Shown here: piece by piece, positions 7,888-16,061 of the stretch
Layout: every line of letters begins with the position of its first letter
Position numbering within the stretch: the stretch's first letter is position 1
Assembly: GCA_039588275.1 (NCBI GenBank)
Contig: JBDHAC010000069.1
Coordinates: forward strand, 1-18,036
DNA: 18,036 bases
Source: Gemmatimonadota bacterium
GTDB lineage: Bacteria > Gemmatimonadota > Gemmatimonadetes > Palauibacterales > Palauibacteraceae
Direction of reading: 5' to 3'
Made by a program: the position numbers and the translations under genes
Notes under the pieces: model-generated
Told to the model about the DNA's origin: nothing
Database searches by the model: none
The model's input: the letters and a program-made list of their open reading frames with translations, nothing else

Positions 7888-9183
7888 ATGACTGACGCTG
7901 GCGACGAGGGCGAAGTGGCTGCCGGTATTCGCGGCGAGCTCCGGTATGCGGTCGGCGTGGCCGGACGTCGCGGGGAAGGGGTCCGCTCCGACACCTGGGT
8001 CTCGGTCGAGCCACGCCAAAGCGGCGGCATCGAGATAGATCTGAAATCGCGGGTGGAGCCCTACTACGGTGACGCGATTCGCCAGCAGATCACTGCACTC
8101 TTGGAGGGGCTGGGAGTCCGCGACGCACGGGTCGAGGTCGAGGACACCGGGGCGCTCCCGTTCGTAATTGCGGCGCGCGTAGAGACCGCGGTTCGGCGCG
8201 CAGGCATCGAACCGAGTGGAGACGGGCGACCCCCACTCGAGGTGGATCTCCCTCCGCCCTCGGCGCGGGACCGGCTGCGACGCTCCCGCCTCTACCTACC
8301 CGGGAACGAGCCCAAGTTCTTCATGAGCGCGGGTCTGTACGAACCGGATGGCATCATCCTGGACCTGGAAGACTCGGTTCACCCGGACGAGAAGGATGCG
8401 GCGCGGCTGCTCGTCCGGAATGCGTTGCGCACGGTCGACTTCCAGGCGGCCGAGCGAATGGTGCGCATCAACCAGCTCCCGCTCGGTCTCGAGGATCTCG
8501 ATGCCGTCGTGCCCGAGCGACCCGATCTCATCCTGATCCCCAAGACCGAGGCGGTGGAACAGGTCGAGGAAGTGGATGCGCGGGTGCTCGAGCTGCTCGG
8601 GTCGGAAGACCAGTCGGTTTGGCTGATGCCGATCCTCGAGACCGCGCTCGGCATCGAGCGTGCGTTCGACATCGGGCGCGCGAGCGAGCGCGTCGTCGCC
8701 CTCACGATCGGGTTGGAGGACTACGCCGCGGACCTCGGGGTGCCGCGCAGCGCCGACGGTGCGGAGTCGGCCTACGCGCGGAAGCGGTTGGTCAACGCGG
8801 CGAAAGCCGCCGGAGCCCAGGCGATCGACTCGGTCTACGGACAAGTCGACGATCTGGACGGCCTCAGGGAATGGGGAGAGCGCGGCCGCCGGCTCGGATT
8901 CGAGGGCATGGGGTGCGTGCACCCACGCCAGATCCCGGTGATCCACGAGGCGTTCGCACCCTCGTCAGCCGAGATCGAGCGGTCCCGGAAGATCGTCGAA
9001 GCCTTCGAGGCGGCTCAGGCGGAGGGCCTCGGTGTGGTCAGCCTCGGGTCCAAGATGATCGATCCACCAGTCGTCGAGCAGGCGCTCCGGGTCGTGGAGC
9101 GCGCGCGGGCGGCCGGGCTCGTACCGGGCGGGGATTCTGAGGCCCCGCCGACCGACGAACGCGCGGAGGACGCCGGATTATGA
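7888..9183 (+). CDS. citE: Fusion of citrate lyase gamma (ACP, CitD-like) and beta (citryl-CoA lyase, CitE-like) subunits
   Basis: N-terminal ~100 aa CitD-like (RSD.WV.VEP..GIEIDLKSRV..YGDAIRQ..EDTGAL..IAARVETAVRRA). The remainder is HpcH/CitE-like: RRSRLYLPGN, LDLEDSV, VRIN, LETALG, GLEDY, HPRQI, MIDPPV. Confidence 0.9.
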   Translation: MTDAGDEGEVAAGIRGELRYAVGVAGRRGEGVRSDTWVSVEPRQSGGIEIDLKSRVEPYYGDAIRQQITALLEGLGVRDARVEVEDTGALPFVIAARVETAVRRAGIEPSGDGRPPLEVDLPPPSARDRLRRSRLYLPGNEPKFFMSAGLYEPDGIILDLEDSVHPDEKDAARLLVRNALRTVDFQAAERMVRINQLPLGLEDLDAVVPERPDLILIPKTEAVEQVEEVDARVLELLGSEDQSVWLMPILETALGIERAFDIGRASERVVALTIGLEDYAADLGVPRSADGAESAYARKRLVNAAKAAGAQAIDSVYGQVDDLDGLREWGERGRRLGFEGMGCVHPRQIPVIHEAFAPSSAEIERSRKIVEAFEAAQAEGLGVVSLGSKMIDPPVVEQALRVVERARAAGLVPGGDSEAPPTDERAEDAGL

Positions 9184-10745
9184 GCAAGTACGGCGATCTC
9201 GTGACCAACGCGGTCGGCCGGCCGGCACCGGTCGAGGTGAACGACCTCCCCCAAACGCCCTTCCAGGGAGTGGGCGCCTACCCACCGGACGGAGTGAAGG
9301 CCGCCCCGCCGGTCCGAAGCTGCAGGGACTTTCCGACCGATGGCGACAAGCGTGTCGAGAGCCTGGCGGAAGCCTTCGAGCGTTGTGGGCTCAGCGACGG
9401 GATGGTGATCTCCACGCACCACCACCTGCGGAACGGGGACTACGTGGCGCTGCTCGCATTGAGGGCGGCGGCGAAGGTGGGCGTCGAGGATCTCATGTGG
9501 TTCCCGAGCGCCTCCTTCCCCTGTCACGAGCCCGTGATCGAGCTCATGGAGCGGGGGGTCGTGCACCACATCGAAGGAAGCATGAACGGTCCGTTGGGCG
9601 ACTACTGCTCTCACGGCCACATGCGTGGCATGGGGGTGTTGCGATCGCATGGCGGTCGCTGGCAAGCGATCCAGGACGGCGAGGTCCACATCGACATCGC
9701 CGTGATCGCCGCTCCGACCGCGGACCCGTTCGGGAACGCTGACGGCTCACATGGCCCGTCGGCTTGCGGCTCGCTGGGGTTCGCGCTCGCCGACTCCATG
9801 TACGCCGATCATGTGATCGTCGTGACGGACAACCTCGTCCCGTTCCCTTGCATCCCGTGGCAGATCCACGGCAACCACGTCGACCACGTGGTCGAGGTTG
9901 ATTCCATCGGTGATCCGTCCCTGATCGTGTCGGGCACGACGCAGATCACGCGAAGCCCCGAGCGCCAGATGATCGCCCGCAACGTCGCGACCCTGCTCCG
10001 GGATGCCGGGATCATGCGCGACGGGTTCTCGTTTCAGGCCGGGGCAGGGGGCATCGCGCTCGCGTTCGTCGGCTACCTGGCCGACATGATGCGCGACGCG
10101 GGCGTGACCGCCTCGTTCGTGCGCGGCGGCTCGACGCGGTATCTGGTGGAGCTCCTGGAGGAGGGGCTGACCGGCTACATTCTGGATGGCCAGACGTTCG
10201 ACCTGGATGGCGTCCGGTCGATCGCCGAGAACCCGCGGCACGTCGCCACCTCGCCTTTCACGTCGTACAACTTCCACGGGAAGGGCAACTTCGCCTCGAT
10301 GGTCGATGCAGTGGTGCTCGGAGCCACCGAGGTCGACGTGAACTTCAACGGAAACGTGGTCACCCACTCCGACGGCCGGCTGCTGCATGGGATCGGCGGG
10401 TGGCAGAACTGCCTGTTCTCCGGGTGCACCGTCCTCGCCGTCCCCTCGTTCCGCGACCGGATTCCGGTGATCGTCGACGAGGTGACCACGATCACCGGTC
10501 CCGGTGAGCTAATCGACGTGGTAGCCACCGAGCGCGGCATCGCGATCAACCCCCGCCGTCAGGACTTGAGGGATGCCCTCCAGGGCTCGGACCTGCCGAT
10601 CCGACCGATCGAGGAGATTCGGGACGAAGTGGAGCGCATCTGCGGCGGGAAGCCCGCCAAACCCCGCCTCACCGACGAGCCCGTCGCCGCCATCAAATGG
10701 GTCGACGGGACGGTCATCGACACCGTGTTCAGGGTGGGGGATTGA
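9180..10745 (+). CDS. citF: Citrate lyase alpha subunit / citrate CoA-transferase (CitF-like)
   Basis: ISTHHHLRNGD, LRSHGGR, ACGSLGFA..D, SFQAGAGG, LGATEVDVNFNGNVVTHSDG, DVVATERGIAINPRR, DGTVIDTV; ATGA overlap with the upstream stop. Confidence 0.92.
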   Translation: MSKYGDLVTNAVGRPAPVEVNDLPQTPFQGVGAYPPDGVKAAPPVRSCRDFPTDGDKRVESLAEAFERCGLSDGMVISTHHHLRNGDYVALLALRAAAKVGVEDLMWFPSASFPCHEPVIELMERGVVHHIEGSMNGPLGDYCSHGHMRGMGVLRSHGGRWQAIQDGEVHIDIAVIAAPTADPFGNADGSHGPSACGSLGFALADSMYADHVIVVTDNLVPFPCIPWQIHGNHVDHVVEVDSIGDPSLIVSGTTQITRSPERQMIARNVATLLRDAGIMRDGFSFQAGAGGIALAFVGYLADMMRDAGVTASFVRGGSTRYLVELLEEGLTGYILDGQTFDLDGVRSIAENPRHVATSPFTSYNFHGKGNFASMVDAVVLGATEVDVNFNGNVVTHSDGRLLHGIGGWQNCLFSGCTVLAVPSFRDRIPVIVDEVTTITGPGELIDVVATERGIAINPRRQDLRDALQGSDLPIRPIEEIRDEVERICGGKPAKPRLTDEPVAAIKWVDGTVIDTVFRVGD

Positions 10746-10820
10746 GGCTTCTCGCCTCAGGCGGTGTGTAGGACCTCCAGCACGCGCGAGCTTCGTGCCG
10801 CCCCGGGCGCTCTCCCGGGT

Positions 10821-12971
10821 TCAGGGTGGGTCTGGCGGACCAGACGCCGACGGCCGCAGTTCAGGGCCGCCCGGGATCACGGAATTCGCGCCGGCGGGAC
10901 GATTGATCCGGCGGGTCAACGAGTTGCTCTTGTTGTTGGCCGCGTCCCAGATAGTCACCGTCTCGTCTACCCAAGTGGTCCCGGCAAAGAGGATGCAAAC
11001 ATTCGTAGCCGTGATCGTGCCGGAGAAACCGTCCCCGGTGAACTGGTAGTTCAGGCCGCCGGCCGTTCCCGAGGTTCCGTCGCTGAAGGCGTACTTCACC
11101 TCGATCGTGGTCCCGCTAGGAGTGACATCTCCATCCGGGTCGCTGTAGTCCCATTCGAACTCGAAGTGACTGCCGGGCGGGCTCTGATGGCCACAGAACT
11201 GGGCCGCGTTCAGTTGGATTAGCTTCGTCTGGAAGTTCGAGATGGTCGGCGCGACGGAACCTGGGCAGTCGACGTCGAAGGTGGTCTGCGCGGTTTGACC
11301 GGAGATGACGGTGACGTTGCGCGGGTTGGTTCCGTTGATGACGGAGCAGTTGGACGCGAGTCCCGTGAGCTGGACGGAGTGGCTGCCCGGCGTGAGCTGT
11401 GTGAACGTGACGGTTGCGTTGTTGCCGATCGACTGGCTCAGGCTGCCGTCGACGGTGACGGTGTACCCGTCGGGATCGGGGTTCGAACCGGTCGTGCTCG
11501 TGCTCACCTGAAGATCACCAGGGGGCGTCTGGCAATTGACGTCGAAGGTGGTCTGCACGGTTTGACCGGAGATGACTGTGACGTTGCGCGGGTTGGATCC
11601 GTTGACGACGGTGCAGGTAGCCGCGATCCCCGTGAGCTGGACGGAGTGGCTGCCCGGCGTGAGCTGTGTGAAAGTGACGGTTGCGTTGTTGCCGATAGAC
11701 TGGCTCAGGCTGCCGTCGACGGTGACGGTGTACCCGTCGGGATCGCCGTTCGCCGGGGTGGTAATCGTGGTCACCTGGAGGTCGCCAGGGGTGGTTGGGC
11801 AGTCGACGTCGAAGGTGGTCTGCGCGGCCTGACCGGCTGTGACGGTGACGTCCCGCGGGTTGGAGCCGTTGATGACGCGGCAGTTGGACGCGAGCCCCGA
11901 GAGCCGAACGGTGTGGGTGCCCTCGGACAGCCCCGTGAAGGTGACCGTGGCGTTGTTGCCGATCGACTGGCTCTGGCTGCCGTCGACCCTGACGGTGTAG
12001 CCGTCAGGATCGGGCGCGCCTCCGGTAGTGCGGGTTCGTACGCTCAGGTCGCCCGTCTGAGCGGCGACCTGACAGTTGACGTCGAAGCGGACGGAGCTGG
12101 TGGTGTTACTGCTGACGGACGCGGTCTGCGGGTTCTGGCTGATCACCGCGCAGGTGGGGGCTACGCCCTGGAGCTCGACGGAGTAGTCACCTGGGGCCAG
12201 GTTTGTGAAGTCGACCTGGCCGTTGACGGCGAGCGCTTTGCTCTTGCGGCCGCTCACGACCACGGTGTACCCGTCGGGGTCCGGGGTGCCGGTGGTCGTG
12301 TTCGAGATGCGGATGGCGCCCGGCCGCGGAGCGGGCGGCGGCGGCGGCTCGCTCGGCGTCACCGGGTCCATCGTGAGCGTATAGCCGCCCGTGGCGGAGG
12401 CGTCGAAGCCCGAGACGACCACCAGGTAACCCACGCCAGGCCGGATCGTGGTCAGGATCCGCGGATTGGGATCGGTCGGGGAACGATCGTCGTTGGAGCC
12501 CAGTAGGGTCAGCGTCTCAGCGCGCCCGGCTTGCGAGCTGCGCACGAGAGGGCCAACACCGCCCGGGTCCACCGAGGCCGACTGGGGCGCGATGACCTGG
12601 AACAGGGCCATGGCGGCGTCGAACCCGGCACTGGCCGTGAAATCGACCTGCTGGTCGCGGTCGGTCTCCAGGTAGAGGCTCTCGAAGAACCCGGTGCTCT
12701 GCGGATTGGTCTCGAGCACCTCGGGTACATCGGACACCTTGCAGTCCTGCTGCGAGGAGATCGAGCTCGAGTTCTGTTGCTGGGTGGAAGCGAGCATGCG
12801 GGCGAGCTCGGAGAGCGCGCACATCGTCTGCTGCGTCTCGTCGCTGAGCGGCGGTACGTTCTCCGGGGGCGGTGGAGGAGGCGGGGGTGGAGGCTGCGTC
12901 GTCCCCTCCCCGCCGCATTGCGCCAACGACACCAACAGACCGAGTACCAGAACGCGGCGGAAGTGCCTCAT
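10821..12971 (-). CDS. Large predicted lipoprotein: polyproline linker, PPC-like domain, four ~85-aa beta repeats and an uncharacterised C-terminal domain
   Basis: ATG 12971 after GAGGTG; MRHFRRVLVLGLLVSLAQ-C lipobox-like signal; ten-Pro tract; SNDD..GYLVVVSGF..TGGYTL (pre-peptidase C-terminal-like); repeats containing DPDGYTV. Confidence 0.85.
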   Translation of the reverse strand: MRHFRRVLVLGLLVSLAQCGGEGTTQPPPPPPPPPPENVPPLSDETQQTMCALSELARMLASTQQQNSSSISSQQDCKVSDVPEVLETNPQSTGFFESLYLETDRDQQVDFTASAGFDAAMALFQVIAPQSASVDPGGVGPLVRSSQAGRAETLTLLGSNDDRSPTDPNPRILTTIRPGVGYLVVVSGFDASATGGYTLTMDPVTPSEPPPPPAPRPGAIRISNTTTGTPDPDGYTVVVSGRKSKALAVNGQVDFTNLAPGDYSVELQGVAPTCAVISQNPQTASVSSNTTSSVRFDVNCQVAAQTGDLSVRTRTTGGAPDPDGYTVRVDGSQSQSIGNNATVTFTGLSEGTHTVRLSGLASNCRVINGSNPRDVTVTAGQAAQTTFDVDCPTTPGDLQVTTITTPANGDPDGYTVTVDGSLSQSIGNNATVTFTQLTPGSHSVQLTGIAATCTVVNGSNPRNVTVISGQTVQTTFDVNCQTPPGDLQVSTSTTGSNPDPDGYTVTVDGSLSQSIGNNATVTFTQLTPGSHSVQLTGLASNCSVINGTNPRNVTVISGQTAQTTFDVDCPGSVAPTISNFQTKLIQLNAAQFCGHQSPPGSHFEFEWDYSDPDGDVTPSGTTIEVKYAFSDGTSGTAGGLNYQFTGDGFSGTITATNVCILFAGTTWVDETVTIWDAANNKSNSLTRRINRPAGANSVIPGGPELRPSASGPPDPP
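11265..12320 (-). repeat. Four tandem intragenic repeats (~255-nt units, 267-nt period)
   Basis: Units at about 12072-12320, 11799-12053, 11532-11786 and 11265-11519. Consensus GDL.V.T.TTG..PDPDGYTV.VDG..SQSIGNNATVTFT.L..G.H.V.L.G.A..C.V.NG.NPR.VTV..GQT.QTTFDV.C, with two Cys per unit. Confidence 0.92.
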
Positions 12972-13410
12972 TCCAATCACCTCGTCGTCGGCCGGGTCGA
13001 TCCGCATACCGTCCCCCACGGCCACCCCGGGGTGCAGTCCGGCCGACCCTAAAATGTATGAAGCCGGTTAAGGGATATCCAGACCAGAAATACCTTTGAT
13101 GTGTCAGCCAGTCACGTATTCTGGAATAAATGAAGGGGGGAGAACCAGGTCGACCGTCGGCCCATATGCATGTAGGTTTTTGCGTTAACGTAGACGCTCA
13201 GCCCGAGCGGTATGGCCGCGTCCGGGACGATCTGAACCGCGATATGAGCAGAGGCCCGATCCCAATCTCTTGGGGTGCGATCGATCCCGGTCACGTGAGG
13301 GCCGACGGGCTGGACCGAGCTGGGGTTGAGGGCGGCTGGAGACTCAGATTCGGCAGGTCTGACGGCTGGCCACCGATACGTCACCGCTCGGCAAAGTCTT
13401 GGAGGATCGC

Positions 13411-14973
13411 GTGACTCCGACGAGGGACTCCCCCCACCGAATCACGGCGATACAGGTTCAGATTGCCGGCCGGCCCGAGACGCGCGAGTTCGATCGCTCT
13501 TTCAGCATCGGGCGCGGGCCGGAGAACGACCTCGTGATAGATGATGATCTGGTCAGCGTGCGGCATGTGGAGGTCCTGCGCGTCCAGGACGAGTGGCAGA
13601 TTCATGATCTGGGCAGCACGAACGGGACTCTGGTCGGAGGGAGGCGAATAGACCGAGTCCCCGTGCGCGGTCCGATCGAGTTGCGGCTCGTCCACGTCAA
13701 CGGCCCGTGTCTCGTCCTTACGCCCATCGAGGTTCGCAGCAAACCCGAGGACACCGTCGCGGCAGGGGCGTCTGACAGCCGGATCGCCGATCGTTATTTC
13801 GGCAGCGAGACCCCCGTGGACATGAGCGACCACACCGCCATGGTGCGCCAGGTCGTGAAACGGCAGCGGCGGAAACAGTCCAAGCATTACCGAATCGCCC
13901 TCGGAGTGCTGGCAGTGGTGGCAGTGGCCGTCGGGGGATTCGCGTATCGGCAACGTCATGAAGTCGAGCAGCAGCGAGCCGCCGCGGCGGAGTTGTTCTA
14001 CACGACGAAGGCGCTCGAGCTGGAGGTCCGGCGCCTACAGCTCAGTGCGGGGGAACAAGAGTCTTATCGAGAGCGCCGCGCCGAGCTCGAGCAGCGGTAC
14101 CGGGACTTCGTTGAAGCCCTCGGCATCTACGGCGACGACACGGGCGAAGAAGTCCAGCTCATCTACCGCATCACCCACCGGTTTGGTGAGTCGGAGGTAA
14201 ACGTCCCGCGCGAGTTCGTGGACGAGGTGCTCCGCTATATCGAACGCTGGCAACGCTCAAACGATCTGAACACGGCTATCGATCGCGCGAGACAAAACGA
14301 CTACGGCCGTCGGATCGCGGCGATCATGGGGGAGCATGACCTGCCACCCGAGTTCTTCTATCTCGCCCTTCAGGAGAGCGCGTTCAAGGTGGATGCCGTT
14401 GGTCCGCCGACACGGCTGGGGTTCGCCAAGGGAATGTGGCAGTTCATCCCCGGAACCGGGCGGGAATATGGGCTCCAGCCCGGCCCGCTCGTAGGGCAAT
14501 CGAGGCCTGATCCACTGGACGAGCGACACGATTTCGAGAAGTCGACTCGCGCCGCCGCCCGCTACCTGCGCGACCTATACACGACGGACGCGCAGGCATC
14601 CGGCCTGCTGGTCATCGCGTCGTACAACTGGGGAGAAGCCCGGGTGTTGAGGCTCATCCGATCGATGGGGGAGAGCCCTCGGGAGCGCAATTTTTGGAAT
14701 CTGCTCACGCTTTACGGCGACCGCATTCCTCAGCAGACGTACGATTACGTGTACCGCATCGTCGCGGCGGCGGTGATCGGCGAGAACCCCGGTCTCTTCG
14801 GTTTCGACTTCGAGCCGCCGTTGCCACCGAGTGGCAGCGTCGCGACCCGGGTAGAGTCCAGGAGTGGGGCATCCGTGGCCTCGGCGCGAGCGGGCTCGGC
14901 TCTGGATACACCGCTTTCAGGAAGTGCGGCCCGGGGACACTCTCTGGACCATTTCGGATCGATTCTTCGGTAA
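13411..14973 (+). CDS. FHA domain - transmembrane helix - coiled coil - MltD-like lytic transglycosylase (SLT)
   Basis: GTG after GGAGGA. FHA motif IGRGPENDLVI..VSVRH..DLGSTNGT; TM segment IALGVLAVVAVAVGGFAY; SLT motifs LALQESAF, GMWQFIPGTG, DERHD..STRAAARYL, ASYNWGE. Confidence 0.9.
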   Translation: MTPTRDSPHRITAIQVQIAGRPETREFDRSFSIGRGPENDLVIDDDLVSVRHVEVLRVQDEWQIHDLGSTNGTLVGGRRIDRVPVRGPIELRLVHVNGPCLVLTPIEVRSKPEDTVAAGASDSRIADRYFGSETPVDMSDHTAMVRQVVKRQRRKQSKHYRIALGVLAVVAVAVGGFAYRQRHEVEQQRAAAAELFYTTKALELEVRRLQLSAGEQESYRERRAELEQRYRDFVEALGIYGDDTGEEVQLIYRITHRFGESEVNVPREFVDEVLRYIERWQRSNDLNTAIDRARQNDYGRRIAAIMGEHDLPPEFFYLALQESAFKVDAVGPPTRLGFAKGMWQFIPGTGREYGLQPGPLVGQSRPDPLDERHDFEKSTRAAARYLRDLYTTDAQASGLLVIASYNWGEARVLRLIRSMGESPRERNFWNLLTLYGDRIPQQTYDYVYRIVAAAVIGENPGLFGFDFEPPLPPSGSVATRVESRSGASVASARAGSALDTPLSGSAARGHSLDHFGSILR

Positions 14974-15151
14974 AGCCTTGCGCTGACAGGAGATATACGA
15001 GGCCAACCAGGTCACGATCGGCGCGGACCCGAATATGATCCGGCCGGGTCAGCAGCTCGCGATTCCGATCAAATAGAGCGCAGTCGAGGTCACGCGCGGC
15101 CGCAGCGATTCGAGAGTTTGTGTCATGATAGCGCGGCCACGTCGTCGTGGC

Positions 15152-15775
15152 TCACACGAGCTCGGCGCCGACCGGGTGCGTGACCAGCGCTTCGATCAGA
15201 GGGCCGATCCCGTGGAGCCCGGCGTCTTCCACAGTACGGGTCTGACCGATGTGGTATCCCCACAGGCTGACCTGGTCGGCGCTGGATCGGACGTTGACGA
15301 TGGAACGATTGAGCACCGGCATGTGGAGCTCGCCATGGTCTCCGACCTCGGTGAAGCCCACGATTCCCGGCGCATTGAAGGTCGCGGCCGACACGGGAAC
15401 CCGGCTGATGCGCGCCGCGACGGCCTCCGCGAGCCCGCCACCGAGCGAGTGGCCCGTGATCACAAATCTCTCGCACCCCATCGCCGATAACGCCTTCTCG
15501 GCTTCTAGGAAGAACCCGAACGCGTTGCCGAGCTGATGAACCGGAAGGCGGCTCTTGAAAATCTCCACGTCGGCGTCCGTGAAGTCCTGAAGCTCCTGTG
15601 AGCCGCGGAACGCGATGACTCCGACGTCCGCGCCGGCATAGGCTGCTCCGAAGAAGCTGTCGCCAAACCACCGTACCGCGTTGGCCAGCGCCACCGGATG
15701 GTAGCCGACGACGGTCTTCGGTGTGTCGTTGTACACGTCGGCCGAGATGTGGGCGCACGTCAGAATCGCTGTCAT
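15152..15775 (-). CDS. Alpha/beta hydrolase, class 3 lipase-like
   Basis: IAFRGS, nucleophile elbow ITGHSLGGGLA, TFNAPG, DQVS, LHGI; RBS AGAGGG; no signal peptide seen. Confidence 0.85.
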   Translation of the reverse strand: MTAILTCAHISADVYNDTPKTVVGYHPVALANAVRWFGDSFFGAAYAGADVGVIAFRGSQELQDFTDADVEIFKSRLPVHQLGNAFGFFLEAEKALSAMGCERFVITGHSLGGGLAEAVAARISRVPVSAATFNAPGIVGFTEVGDHGELHMPVLNRSIVNVRSSADQVSLWGYHIGQTRTVEDAGLHGIGPLIEALVTHPVGAELV

Positions 15776-16061
15776 ATCGAACCCTCTTGCCGTCGTGCCG
15801 GCGCGCTCTCCTCGGAAAACGCCGCCTGTCTAGACCCCCCGCCGATGCACACAGAACCGGGGCTACAGCCAGCGAATTCGCACTGTGCCACATTGCGAAC
15901 TGGTATTTCCCACCCAATCGGACGCCTGAACCCGCCAACAAAAGGTCTCGACCAGAACTGGACCGGGGTTGGCGGCGGTATACGAATCCGTGAAACTGCT
16001 CGCGCTGGAAGTGATATCCGTGCTCTTCACCACGGTCTGCTCATCCGCCGGCCCGCGAGCG

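Noticed and set aside
6882..8030. 382-aa minus-strand ORF and similar long shadow ORFs (e.g. 11295..12506 +, 4570..5382 -, 1688..2386 -)
   Set aside because: They are antisense to well-supported genes, have no motifs, and are expected from GC-rich codon bias.
7888..10745. Canonical citrate fermentation cit operon
   Set aside because: No citC, citG, citX, citrate transporter or oxaloacetate decarboxylase in the window; CitD is fused and atypical. These genes could still lie elsewhere in the genome.
10743..10819. Intrinsic terminator between convergent citF and the lipoprotein gene
   Set aside because: Only short 6-bp stems (10743-10759, 10802-10819) without convincing U-tracts.
13411..15775. 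Type VI secretion locus (FHA + lipase)
   Set aside because: No tss, vgrG, hcp or PAAR genes in the window.
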